This document shows, in pieces, positions 1-11,596 of a DNA stretch of 64,000 nt. How positions within the stretch are numbered: position 1 is the stretch's first letter; each line of letters opens with the position of its first letter. Origin of the DNA: Paraphysomonas bandaiensis (Eukaryota > Protista > Chrysophyceae); contig CBFFRP010000255.1 of NCBI GenBank assembly GCA_965644295.1, positions 186,001 to 250,000 of the forward strand, given 5' to 3'. Below the pieces are notes generated by a model. It searched no databases and was not told the DNA's origin. It was given only the letters and a program-made list of their open reading frames with translations. A program made the position numbers and the translations under genes.

Positions 1-615
1 CATTTCTAATGTTTGTATATCCCAAAACTTTATCATCAATATAACTTCTTCCACAGGGAAGCGCATAGGAGCACATACATGTGAATAAGCTGATCAAGAA
101 GTTGTGATTCGTAAGAACGGAACGCTGATATTACAATTTTCTATCTTCGGGGATTGCGTATAGTCCCTAGTTAAGTTGATTGGGTAATGGCTTCATAGGA
201 AAGTATATTATGCACGCGCAGAATCAATTTTCGAAGCTTATTCTTGTAGCGTTATAATATTGAAAAAGGGTTTACTATTCGTTATTATTTGTTTGCAAGA
301 TTATCCAAAGTATTGTTTTATTGGGAGCTTGTTCAACAATCAACGTCATGAAGAGCATGAATACGATAGATGATAAAGTGTGTATGCAGTGGAACTAGTA
401 GGAACGAAGAAACGAAGATGCATAGTTGAGATCAGGGGGCGATAACAATATATTGCCAGCAAAAATAATAACACTATTTTCAAGACCAATAATCATTAGT
501 AAATATGTTGCAATTAATATCTGTATATTGGACGCTAAGAAGAAAAATTAGCTCGGTCGGTAGAAACTAGTTAGTAGAGGTTACAACATGATGACAGAAA
601 ACAATGAAAACCCAA

Positions 616-1196
616 TGTAGCAAAATTGGGTATGTCAAGTATGGGTGATTTAGGAGGTTGTTATGGCTGAAGAATAAGATGAAGTGATGTAGGTTGTAGT
701 ATGAAATGAGATGTAGATGGTAGTTATGATTAGATCAGAAGATACGAGTATTAAGGCCAGATATAGGGTTGGAGTGTACCGGAACTACCCGTACATACGG
801 ATGTAACGGACGGTCATGGTAACCCGTACAGTATTATGATGGTATACGTAGGTATTCTGTAGGATGATATAGGAGTAGATAGCAGGATGTTAAGGGATTT
901 CTATATGATTATTTCTGGAAGTAGAAAACTAGCTATTTATGGCTGGGAAACCACTTCTAGAATTAACTATGGGGATATAGGTAGAAGGATATGGAGTTTT
1001 AGATATAATAGTGAAAGTTGATATCGTAGTTGTTGAAAGTTAAGAAGTAGCGAAGTAAAGAGTAAGAAGAGGAAGTTAAGTGAAGAGTGTTGTGAGAAGA
1101 CTATCCTACCCCACATCACCTGTGCACATGGACAGGGATGATAAGACCAGCAATGTTAGTCATGATAGCGAGGCTCAATCACCCGTAGTCGTTACA
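616..1196 (+). repeat. 5' LTR
   Basis: TGTAG...TTACA; identical by eye to 4587-5167. Confidence 0.95.
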
Positions 1197-4100
1197 CTTG
1201 GTGGACAACGTGGGCTGGGTACAGTGGTTGAGAGTGATCAACTCAGCCATGCGTCACCCAGCGCACTATCGGCACGATCTCGGAGAGAGCCTTTGCCAGA
1301 AGAGGGAGACATTGAGAGTATCAGCCTATGCCATGAGGGAGAGGAGAGACAGGAGACTAAGGAGGAACTGCGGTCCCATGCACAGAAGGACCTATTGGAG
1401 CACGGGCTGAGGATGCAGAGTATGGATGACAGGAAAGGTGGAACCCAACCCAATTGGTCTGGAAGGTCTACAGAGCAGATAGAATGGATGCGTGATCCTA
1501 TTCTTGGAGGCAGAGACCTGGAGATGGGGGATAGGAGTAGTAGAGATGATATAAAGAGCTCGTGGAGGAGCACAGGAAGAGAAGAGAAGATTAAAAGGAG
1601 AGATGTTTACGCAAGAGCAGATGATGTGAGGGGCCCATCAGGAGGTCCTGGATATATTAGAAGAAAGGATTATGCAACAGATGAAGATGTAAGGGGCCCA
1701 TTAGGAGGTCCTGGAGATGATTATATGAAAGATGAAGATGTAAGGGGCCCATTAGGAGGTCCTGGAGATGATTATATGAAAGATGAAGATTTAAGGGGCC
1801 CATTAGGAGGTCCTGGATATGCCAGAAGAGATGATTATATGAAAGATGAAGATTTGAGGGGCCCATCAGGAGGTCCTGGATATAGTAAAAGAGAGGATTA
1901 TGTGAGAGAAGTGAATTTTAGGGACCTATCCAGAGGTCTTGGAGAAGAGATAGAAAAGCAGATGAGAGTACCTGAATGGCTGGTGGAGCCTAGTAGAGAA
2001 CGGAGTGTAAAAGGACAGATTGGGAGATTAAGTAGAAGTGTACAGAGTGAAAGAGAGTTGCATCGACTGTTGATGAAAGAATTAGAAATAGGAGTAGGGA
2101 ATGAAGGGTTGACTGCAGCGCACCGTCAGGCGTGTGAATATTGGCTCCGGAATCGAAGAAGACTATTGAGTGGTAGTATGGAGACGGGTATAAAGATGCT
2201 CAGCCAGCTGACTGAACTAAACCGAATAGGGGAGAGGATACAGTATGTGGAGGCTCAGCAAGAGGCGCTATTAGCTGCTAGGAAGGAGTTATCAGAGAAG
2301 GCAAGGATGTTGTGGATACAGAAAGGAGAGAGCATGTGTGATAGCAATAGAAGGACCTTAGACAGGATGCGTGTAATGGAGGAAGTTGATGAAACAGATA
2401 GTGATGACTGGGAGAACGACGCAGGAGTATATAGGAAGGGAGTTATGAGAGGGCCTTTATCAGGAATACAGACTATGACACGGGAAGAAGCAGAGACATG
2501 TGGATATAAGACATTCTGCCGCTGGTGTAATATGGTGGGAAAGGAGTACAAGAGTAGTCTGGATCGGCAGTTAGAGGAAAAGTGTCAGAGTTTTCTGAGG
2601 ACTCGGAATGTTGCGCAGCATGTGTTTGACTTGTTGGGGAAGATACCCATACCTCGATGGATGAGGATGGAGACCGCAGGAAAGCTGAGATTCCAACCTA
2701 TAGACTTTGATGCTTTAGGACGCTCAACAGGAATGGTGAAGAGAGTGGATTGTGTCCAGTTCTTTGATAGTCTTTATGCAGCAGCGCATACTGCGAATAT
2801 GTCACCCATGAGAATATTAGCGGAGATAAGAGGAGGAACAGTATTCAAAGGAGAGTTAGCTGAAGAGGTAAGATGGAGAATGGCATCAGGTGACTTCGAA
2901 ATGGACATAGATAGGAACAGACGAGCAGAGGATACCCCTGAGACGGATGTTGTGGCATGGGGATATGCACTGTATCAGTTCTCCATATTGTTTACAGAAG
3001 CCTTCGGGGTAAAGATGGATCCTGCAGTATTAATGATGGAGATCGATAGGTTCGAGTTATCCGACGAATCACCACAGGCGTTTGAGAAGTCTCTGATGGA
3101 GTTAAGATATTTAATTACTCAAGCGGGAGTAACTGAGCCAGAGAGAGAGTTATATCACAAGTTCAAGGTGAAGACTATAGATATGCCACGAGTAGGTAAA
3201 AGAGTAGCAGATGAAGTGGAGAGCATTATCCAAATAAAGCAGTGTATGGGAGTGAGGAACGTGCAATATGATCGGAACTTTTTAGTGTCTACTGTTGCAC
3301 AGATTGTACCTCGGATAGTGGATCAAGACAGTCTTAACAGTAAGAATGAGAAGGTGGTAAGGTCGCATGGAGTGTATGCGGGAAGATCAGCTCCAGAAAA
3401 GTGTGAACGAAGGATAGATGGACTAGATAGAAGTTCCCGACCATGGAAGTTCCTTAAGTGTGAGACATGTGGGTTTAAACACTATATGAACCGTTTTTGT
3501 CCATTTAGAGATGATAGGAAGAAAGATGATGGGACATATATGAAATGTGCGGAGTTTAACGGATATAAGCCATGGAGATTTGCTAAGTTTGAGGCGAAGA
3601 CTTTAGAGAAGATATTTGAGGTCATGAAGCAGAATAGCAAGGCGTGGCAAGAACTTGGAGATGTGTTGAAAAGAAAATTCGTACAAATGGTAGCCGATGC
3701 GAAAGAAGAGCAGGTGAAAAGTATGAGGAATGTCTTACATCATGTGCGGACCGTAGGAGAGCCGACCAAGGAAAGGGTAGAGGAGGAAACCAGAGGATTA
3801 GAGACGGTGAAGTCAGAAGATGGAAACCAGCAAGTGTCTAATAGAAAAGTCAGTGGGGCACATACGATGACGTCACCGGCACAACATGATGATAAGAAGA
3901 AAAGGATGGATACTTTAACTTGGTGGTGTGGAGAAGCGATTGTAAGAGGAGAGACAATACCGATGGCAATTCATGTGGATGGTGGATCAGAAGGAGCATT
4001 CATGCATGAAGGGCTAGCAGAGGAAATGGGTTTAGAAGTTCATGAGTATCCAAGGGATCAACAATACCTGGTGATGGGAGCTACAGGACAAGGAAGATGT

Positions 4101-4496
4101 CCGGAACGAGTGACAAAGTATGTATATCTATGTATGCGGATAGACGGAGTGGAGTATTATGGTGAAATGTTGGGAGAATTGAAGACTGGACATCCGATAC
4201 AGAGTATATGGAAGTGTAAGTTTGATCTGATACCTAATATGACGGCGTCATGCTTATGGGGAGGAGCGGAAGTGAAGGAGTTGAAAGAGCATCGTGCTTT
4301 TGTGGTGAGAACACCAGAGGGTATACCTGTTGTCATGAAAGGAAAGTCATACGCAGAAACAACGAAATGGATGGCTAAGACGAGACATCGGGTAGCAGAA
4401 CATCCAGTGTATCAAGGTAATATCACGGAAGAACGGAGGGTCAATACTGTGTGGAAGACAAGACAATGCCCTAACCAGTATTGTGTAAGACAATGA
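1128..4496 (+). CDS. Gag-aspartic protease polyprotein
   Basis: Uninterrupted ORF. Zinc-knuckle-like CETCGFKHYMNRFC (~3460-3500) and retropepsin motif IHVDGGSEG (~3970-3995). No YxDD RT, RNase H or integrase motifs. First ATG (1128) lies inside the LTR; the true start is uncertain. Confidence 0.8.
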   Translation: MDRDDKTSNVSHDSEAQSPVVVTLGGQRGLGTVVESDQLSHASPSALSARSRREPLPEEGDIESISLCHEGEERQETKEELRSHAQKDLLEHGLRMQSMDDRKGGTQPNWSGRSTEQIEWMRDPILGGRDLEMGDRSSRDDIKSSWRSTGREEKIKRRDVYARADDVRGPSGGPGYIRRKDYATDEDVRGPLGGPGDDYMKDEDVRGPLGGPGDDYMKDEDLRGPLGGPGYARRDDYMKDEDLRGPSGGPGYSKREDYVREVNFRDLSRGLGEEIEKQMRVPEWLVEPSRERSVKGQIGRLSRSVQSERELHRLLMKELEIGVGNEGLTAAHRQACEYWLRNRRRLLSGSMETGIKMLSQLTELNRIGERIQYVEAQQEALLAARKELSEKARMLWIQKGESMCDSNRRTLDRMRVMEEVDETDSDDWENDAGVYRKGVMRGPLSGIQTMTREEAETCGYKTFCRWCNMVGKEYKSSLDRQLEEKCQSFLRTRNVAQHVFDLLGKIPIPRWMRMETAGKLRFQPIDFDALGRSTGMVKRVDCVQFFDSLYAAAHTANMSPMRILAEIRGGTVFKGELAEEVRWRMASGDFEMDIDRNRRAEDTPETDVVAWGYALYQFSILFTEAFGVKMDPAVLMMEIDRFELSDESPQAFEKSLMELRYLITQAGVTEPERELYHKFKVKTIDMPRVGKRVADEVESIIQIKQCMGVRNVQYDRNFLVSTVAQIVPRIVDQDSLNSKNEKVVRSHGVYAGRSAPEKCERRIDGLDRSSRPWKFLKCETCGFKHYMNRFCPFRDDRKKDDGTYMKCAEFNGYKPWRFAKFEAKTLEKIFEVMKQNSKAWQELGDVLKRKFVQMVADAKEEQVKSMRNVLHHVRTVGEPTKERVEEETRGLETVKSEDGNQQVSNRKVSGAHTMTSPAQHDDKKKRMDTLTWWCGEAIVRGETIPMAIHVDGGSEGAFMHEGLAEEMGLEVHEYPRDQQYLVMGATGQGRCPERVTKYVYLCMRIDGVEYYGEMLGELKTGHPIQSIWKCKFDLIPNMTASCLWGGAEVKELKEHRAFVVRTPEGIPVVMKGKSYAETTKWMAKTRHRVAEHPVYQGNITEERRVNTVWKTRQCPNQYCVRQ
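1199..1214 (+). other. Primer-binding site, probably tRNA-Ala
   Basis: TGGTGGACAACGTGGG 2 nt after the LTR. It is complementary to a tRNA 3' end ...GUUGUCCACCA (A73, U70), consistent with tRNA-Ala identity elements. Confidence 0.75.
1621..1900 (+). repeat. Coding tandem repeat in gag (DED[V/L]RGP[L/S]GGPG..DYMK, ~5 units of 17-21 aa)
   Basis: Repeated GATGAAGATGTAAGGGGCCCATTAGGAGGTCCTGGA units visible in both DNA and protein. Confidence 0.9.
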
Positions 4497-4577
4497 TACA
4501 AGATGAATCTGTGAGAGTTCATGTAGTCAATATGAAGCCAGATCGTTATGTTGTTGGACCTATTCAGGTCTTGGATT

Positions 4578-4586
4578 AGGGGGAAG
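4578..4586 (+). other. Polypurine tract
   Basis: AGGGGGAAG immediately before the 3' LTR. Confidence 0.8.
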
Positions 4587-5167
4587 TGTAGCAAAATTGG
4601 GTATGTCAAGTATGGGTGATTTAGGAGGTTGTTATGGCTGAAGAATAAGATGAAGTGATGTAGGTTGTAGTATGAAATGAGATGTAGATGGTAGTTATGA
4701 TTAGATCAGAAGATACGAGTATTAAGGCCAGATATAGGGTTGGAGTGTACCGGAACTACCCGTACATACGGATGTAACGGACGGTCATGGTAACCCGTAC
4801 AGTATTATGATGGTATACGTAGGTATTCTGTAGGATGATATAGGAGTAGATAGCAGGATGTTAAGGGATTTCTATATGATTATTTCTGGAAGTAGAAAAC
4901 TAGCTATTTATGGCTGGGAAACCACTTCTAGAATTAACTATGGGGATATAGGTAGAAGGATATGGAGTTTTAGATATAATAGTGAAAGTTGATATCGTAG
5001 TTGTTGAAAGTTAAGAAGTAGCGAAGTAAAGAGTAAGAAGAGGAAGTTAAGTGAAGAGTGTTGTGAGAAGACTATCCTACCCCACATCACCTGTGCACAT
5101 GGACAGGGATGATAAGACCAGCAATGTTAGTCATGATAGCGAGGCTCAATCACCCGTAGTCGTTACA
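4587..5167 (+). repeat. 3' LTR
   Basis: Copy of 616-1196, followed by TSD CCAA. Confidence 0.95.
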
Positions 5168-6119
5168 CCAAGAACAGTGTAGCAGGTAATATTCTAAGTA
5201 TTTAAACTCTTCGTCACTGTCATCCTTGTGTGCAATAAGTAAGAGATGAGGTGACTGTCATATAGTTTGGTGTTGTGACCGACATGGGCAGATATGGCGA
5301 TCATTCTACTCGATTTTGCTTGTTGAGAGTTGATAGTTTACACTGACATGCTCTTTTACAGATCATAAGGAAAATTTATTCGGGCAGTCCTTAGTTGCAC
5401 GAGGAGGACAGTATACTTTTAACTTTTAACAGTTTGGAGTTTACTATTTGGTGAATAGCTTGACAGGTCAATGTACAAATGCTAAAATCGAACATGAATA
5501 GCGTTCTTCGTTGAGTTGCAAGTAATTACCAGAATTGTTCAATAGATGAGTTATTATGTGGTAGTTATGATCAATCAAATCTATTTTCAAAGACACAAAT
5601 CATGAGAAATATATATTTTAATATATTGCAATATAGCAAAGCCAAATTTTGCTTAAAAAGTAATATATATATTGTAGCAAGCAAAATAATATATATTGCA
5701 ATCCTATATATTTTTACCTGATCCTGGTTGAGATAGAGCTAGTTTTACTTGTAAATGCTGCTGCAAATGATTCAAAAAATAATATTCTGTAATTGATTTT
5801 CAACTAATTGTCAATTATAATTGCAATAATAGTGATATTATTATTATTCGGACAGCATCATACTTGCAATAATTATAATTGACTTCAGCTCTTGCTTTCA
5901 ATTAATTTATTAAAATATATATATATCATCAATTGACAGTGGCAAGTCAAGTATTGTTATAAAACAGTATCTCTCTTGATGTGTTTGTCTCACATAATAA
6001 TTCATTTAATTGATAGGATCGGAAAAGGATCAAATATAAATATTTTTCTCGCAGTCGATGGTCAAAAACCTGGTAAAGCGGTCAAAATCTCCTGGTAAAA
6101 TTTCGATAGGTTTATTATG

Positions 6120-6488
6120 CGTTAAAATAAATCAGTAGGTGTGAAGAGAACTAGTGTATCAAAACAATTTAACTGTCTAGTACTTAACTCTGATTTCCTA
6201 CTATATTTTAACAGCACTACGAAAGCTGCTTGAGCGTCACCGCAAGCAGCAAGGTGCAACCTTTCGCTTTCTGTCCTTACGGTGAACTAGCTTGCTTACG
6301 GTGAATAAACAGGCAGCTCAATACCCCAAATGCCTGTTTATTCGTCAAATCTTCAAAAAAACATGTACACAAGTGATACTAACTAGTGTGGGAAGAACAA
6401 TAGCTGCTAACTATATATGCGGCTGACATGAGTTTCCCGGAAAAATAAATCCGATACTTATTACCCAGAACACCGCGAAAAGGTAAGA
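6120..6488 (-). mobile_element. Diverged copy of the ribozyme-headed SINE family (5' end eroded, internal deletions)
   Basis: Shares blocks with 20684-21157, e.g. CTACGAAAGCTGCTTG, CAAGGTGCAACC, TGCCTGTTTATTCGTCA, CCCAGAACACCGCGAAAAGGT. Confidence 0.8.
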
Positions 6489-6500
6489 GCAAGTAAAATA

Positions 6501-6599
6501 CGTAGTGATTGGGTTATTATTACTAGACGTTTATGAGTCAGGAATAACTTCTAACTAACTAGTGCTTATCTCTGATATATATCCTACTTTTTTAACGCT
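6501..6599 (-). mobile_element. 3'-end fragment of the SINE family
   Basis: CGTAGTGA...GAGTCAGGA...CTCTGATAT...ATCCTAC...TTTAACGCT matches the 3' ends of the copies at 13894 and 51781. Confidence 0.6.
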
Positions 6600-6979
6600 G
6601 GAATGAAATGACAATTGGGCAAGCTATATGTTGGCAGCTAATGTATAGTTCCTTGTTAGTTTAGTGCCAATTAATTTGGCAAGTAATACGTAGATACGTG
6701 TAGTAAATGAATAAAGAATTGATCTTAGTAATAGTAAACAATGTTGTTATTATATTTGTGTGTAAGTAATGAACATATTATTATTAGAGTGAGAATTATG
6801 AATAACAATATAAAAAATAACAACATATGTACAACGGAATAGTTAGAAGTGTAACTGATAATGACGACGTTATTATGACGATCATGATCTTCAACAGATA
6901 CTCTCTCTAATTCAGTTCATGATATATTTCATTGAACATTATTACTCACAGATACAATCTTTTATTGAGCTGAATCCTA

Positions 6980-7112
6980 ATAGAATGCGTTATTATTAGC
7001 AATAAGCGATTAGCATTTAAGAGTCTGGACTAACTTAGCATTGCTATTTAAATAAGTGGTTCTTAACTCTGATATCCTGCTGTTTAGCGCTACGAAAGCT
7101 GCTTGTGCGTCA
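6980..7112 (-). mobile_element. 3'-end fragment of the SINE family, abutting a MITE remnant (~7115-7187)
   Basis: TTATTAGCAATA...TTTAAGAGTCTGGACTAACTT...GCTACGAAAGCTGCTTGTGCGTC. Confidence 0.7.
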
Positions 7113-7379
7113 ACCTGCAAATAATAATTGCAGTTATAGTTCACTACAATCTGTGTCGTTTAATTGACAATCGTTACGCAGCCCTGCTACATGGGCAGTG
7201 TTGTTGTCATCGATATATATTGCATTTGCCAGGATGAATCATTGATAAATTCAGCATTGAAAACACTTTCACAATGTCAACATTAACACTGCACCAGTAT
7301 CGATTTTATTAAATTTGATATATCAAATCACACCACAACTAATGAATACTATATTCAATAACAAAGAAGATAACATCAA

Positions 7380-10300
7380 CTACTCCCATATGACATAATT
7401 AGGGTCAGGAGATGTCGGGAAGTATTGATTATCATCGTCTCCATAAATGCCAGTTTGACAATTAACTTCGGTAATCTCCTTCTGACGAACAATTGCAAGC
7501 AACCAACCCCAATACTTCGCATTCAATGCTGTTCTACCCGAGCACCCGCATCGGATTAATTTTCTCAAGACAGGCATGTCACCTATACTGGCGGCAATCA
7601 TCGCTGGCGTTTTGCTATCTTGGTTTTCCTTTTCTAACATAAGCTGCTCGTCATGCGCATTCAAAACAACATCGACGACGGAAAGACTTCCACTTGCCGC
7701 CGCAAAATGTACTGATGTATTACTGCACTGGTCTACAAAGGCATTTGGGTCAGCACCTTTCCGAAACAAGTAGGTTAAAACGGCAGCATTCTTAGCCCTT
7801 ATTGCCCATCCCATGATATTGATACCCTGGTAGAATACATGTAGTAAAGCGTCAATAGAGTTTCCTTGAACACTGGGACAATAACGTATCAGAGAGGTCA
7901 TGCCATTTCCATCCAGCACGCTAGCCAATGGCTTGTTACTTTTTCCAAAATACAAACAGCTCAGCACTATATTTGGAATATAAGAAAACTTACACAATGG
8001 TGCTATTACTACAGCTTACCTAGCCGCCAACAGTCTTCGGAATCTAGCTGATCGGGAAGCATGTTTAATATAGTGAGTTTATTCTCATACGCAAGCATAT
8101 CAGCCACTTCTAAATCTTTTGCTACACTCTCGGGCTTCGAATTGGCCAAATCATGCTGTACCTCCGAGTTGTACTTCTTAAACGCATCTGCAGAATTATC
8201 GATGTTTCTACAAACGGATGAGAACAATTTACAACCCGAGCGTAGCAAGTGTTTGATCACATCCGCCTCAATATCCGTTTTAATAAATCCATCTGAAGAA
8301 ATAGAAGACGCAAATATGTAATGCCACAACGCATTCTTCCCTGTGTTGTCCTTATCTGTGACGTCTGCGCCTAAATTTAACAGTTCACGTATTTTGTGCG
8401 CACTGCCGTATTTGCAGGCCACAAGAAAAGGCGTGAGGCCCTCCACATCTCTTGTCTGCAATGCAGTATCCATGTGCTGATCTGCAAGCAATTCAAAAGA
8501 CAAACTACTTCCGTGTCGAGCAGCTATATGCAGCACAGTTTGACCATACTCATCCCTTTCTGCAATCAAGGACGGAGATATCTTGGCGGAATCTGGCCCT
8601 TTTCTCCCAGCAGACAGAACATACGGTACGACATCTGATGCAGTGCACTCCGCTGCATAATGTAACGCATTTCTTCCCTTCACATCTCTAACCGAAAAAT
8701 CTGTGCCTTTCTTGATTAGCAAATCTATCATACTGGTGTTTCCTTTTCTGCAGGCAGCCATTACCGCTGTCGTACCTGTCTCCTCTGGAACCCAAGACAG
8801 ATCAAAACCCGCATCTAGAACAACATTCATGCAATCAACACTGTTCTCGTCTGCAAGCTTCACAACGCTAGATACATCATTTGGGGACCAGCCTATCTCG
8901 TCACCAATTGTCCAGGATGTCGCATTGATAAAGGTTGCTATCAACGCCAACAACTCAGTCCTACCAGATAACGCTGCTAGGAGGTAGCAGTCTTTTCCAT
9001 CGCAGTCTTTAGTAAGAAGTAGATTGCAACGATCTTGATTATTGGAGCATAATATAGTGGGGTATTCTTCGGCCAGACCCAGCAACGTTTTGACAACAAT
9101 AAGGCTGTCAGAGCAACATGCCTTGTGAAGCGCAGTTTGTCCCATTTCATCCAGAATGTCGGCTTTTGCACCATTCTTGAGAAGAAATTGCACGATCTCG
9201 AGGTTACCTGCGAAAGACGCTGCATGTAGCGCAGTGGCGTCAGTTAGAGGGTGCTTTGCGTTCACTTTTTCGGGTTCTTTCTCCAATACAGAACGGACAT
9301 ATTTTACATCCTTGGACTCTGCTGCTGCGATGAGAATGACGGCAATATCTTCTTCTGTACACTCCAACTGCACCGATGATGTGAGGAAGGTGCCACCGTC
9401 TTTGGCAGAGAGTGACGCCGAGGCATTGAGAAGGTATATCACGACATCCATATGGCCATTCTGCGCAGCCGCAGCGACCACACTTTCTCCCGTAGCGTTG
9501 ACATGGTTAATATCATAACCCCACTGGAGACACTTCCTGACAATATCCATGTGTCCATGCCGAGCTGCAGTGGATAGGACAGTATCTCCAATATCATCAG
9601 TGTCGGTCTTAACGTCCCTCAACTCACACTCGTGATGATAAAGGGAATCTACAGCTGAGGCATTGCCTTTCCGCGCCTGGACGAAAATGTCTATGCTATC
9701 AGCCAGGTCCTGCGCTTGCTTTTCCTCTTCCAAGGCGGCCTTCGCTTGCTCGTCTTTCTCGCGTGCTAATTTCTTCACCTCAACTTCATTTCGCAAACGG
9801 GAAACACGGCATATACTGAGAAATTTTCGTACTAGAGACTGGATTTTAGTAACAGATCGGAAGACCTTTAAATACATAAATCGGAGTCGTATGCGTTTCA
9901 CTCGAGATCGTGCTACTTTCCCACGAATAATACGCTGCATGGCTCTAGCGCCCCGATAAAGTTTAATTCGCTCCACACCAGCAAGGAAAATCATGAATGA
10001 TTTCCTAGTCTTGCGACCTCGGAATGCACACTGAATCATGCGTGCAGCAAGCCAGTGCAGTTTAAATAATCTCTTTCGCATTGCCCGTCTAGCTAACAAG
10101 GAGCGATATGCCGATTGCATAAGCAGAGCTGCGTGGTACTTTTTGAACAATAGATTCCGCTCCAACTTTACTTTCACTTTCTGGACTGCTGTTCTGCACC
10201 GAACCATGCACTGTATTCGTATGGCGCTCCGGTGCATTATCTGTTTGCGAACCTCGAACCGGCGACGTCGAAGCAGAGCACGACTGATGTAACACCGAAA

Positions 10301-10977
10301 AGCACATTGAATGATTTTAGCCGAAAGTGTTCGTTTGGATGTGTACTGGCTTCTATGCTCGCTAAGAGTTTTGAATGTTAGGCCCTTGTTCTCTAAACAC
10401 GATCGCAAGAGACTTCGTATGCGAATATGCATCTGGCTAGTGTACATAATAAACTGCATGTTGCAGCGCACCCAATGGCCTCTAAATATCCGCTGAATAA
10501 TAATTGCAGATATATTTTCCATTGTTGTCCTCTGGTTGCGAGACTTGCGAAGGCGTGTCATGAAAGCATTTCGCTCAGCCTTCAGAATGTCACTACAGAG
10601 TCTGCGGCTTCGGCTGTTGCTGTCTGTAGCCCCATCTTCAAGAGGACTCACATATAAATTAAGCCCGGGCTTTTTTCCTGGTGCTTTTATTCTGGATAAA
10701 TGTTACATAAACCTTTCCTAACAAAACTCACTTACTTTCTCATTTCACTGTTATACATCTTGATGTCCTTCATGTTGCCATTCTTTATCGGGACTGTAGT
10801 AGTGACTGTAGATATGACATCACAACCCGTGCTGCGATGCGTCCACGTCCACACACATGATGTCGAATGAGAGCTACGACGCACATTGACTATGGATCTC
10901 TGCTTTTCCGCATTGAGTTGATTGATATAGTTTCGGCGGCCGATTTCATCGTCAAAACTCTCTTGATGTATCTCCAT
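7380..10977 (-). CDS. IQ-motif and ankyrin-repeat protein (multi-exon)
   Basis: Multiple IQxxxRGxxxR motifs followed by many ankyrin repeats (TALHAA, TPFLVAC, TPAMIAA). ORFs 10732-10986, 8009-10651 and 7380-7997 joined by short introns; start codon uncertain. Confidence 0.85.
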
Positions 10978-11596
10978 TCCAATCACAGTTACTGATTCTA
11001 TAAGATGTACATGTCAAATGATTCCTTCCACTATCTCACTGTGACGATGAAGGCGATGGGAGTTACTGGTATAGCATGATCTCTTCTTCGGCTCTCAGAG
11101 TATTCATATCGACGCCACTGCCATGTCTACACACCCATCCATACATAAGCTCATGCATACCACACCTGCGTACACAAAAACACATCGTGTCGAAACCGTC
11201 GCATATCTTATCCCCAATGTGGGATAAAATCAAACGTTTCAGTGTCGTAAACTGAAAAAAACACTTATCCCACTCAACTGTATACTACGTATACCGGTAT
11301 ACGGTATAGTGTGATATCCAGAAGGTCTGCTCCTGTGTATCTCTTGTACAGCCGGTTATCGGTATACTTCGTACGGATGTACATCAGAGTGCTGCAGCTG
11401 CTCTACGTATATACATCACTCTGAAGGATACGATATGCCCCAATAGTTCCTACTATACTACGTATACCCATCATGCTACAGTATACTCTAGTCATGTAGC
11501 ATGGAGGTGTATAGTGCAGCAGTCCACTACACCTCTGCAAGTAATCACACAACCATTATCACATCCCAGTAGCAGAACCCCCTCCCCCCAACGACA

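Larger units (their letters stand above)
616..5167 (+). mobile_element. LTR retrotransposon, non-autonomous (Gag-protease only), probably Ty3/Gypsy-derived
   Basis: 581-bp direct repeats at 616-1196 and 4587-5167 with TG...CA ends. 4-bp TSD CCAA (612-615, 5168-5171). PBS after the 5' LTR, PPT before the 3' LTR, single internal ORF. Confidence 0.95.
433..5726. mobile_element. hAT-type non-autonomous element (MITE, ~740 bp of its own) interrupted by the LTR retrotransposon
   Basis: Starts CAGG (433) and ends CCTG (5726) with imperfect TIRs (CAGGGGGCGATAACAATATATTG vs reverse complement CAGGATCAGGTAAAAATATATAG). Flanked by an exact 8-bp direct repeat GTTGAGAT at 425-432 and 5727-5734. Confidence 0.7.
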
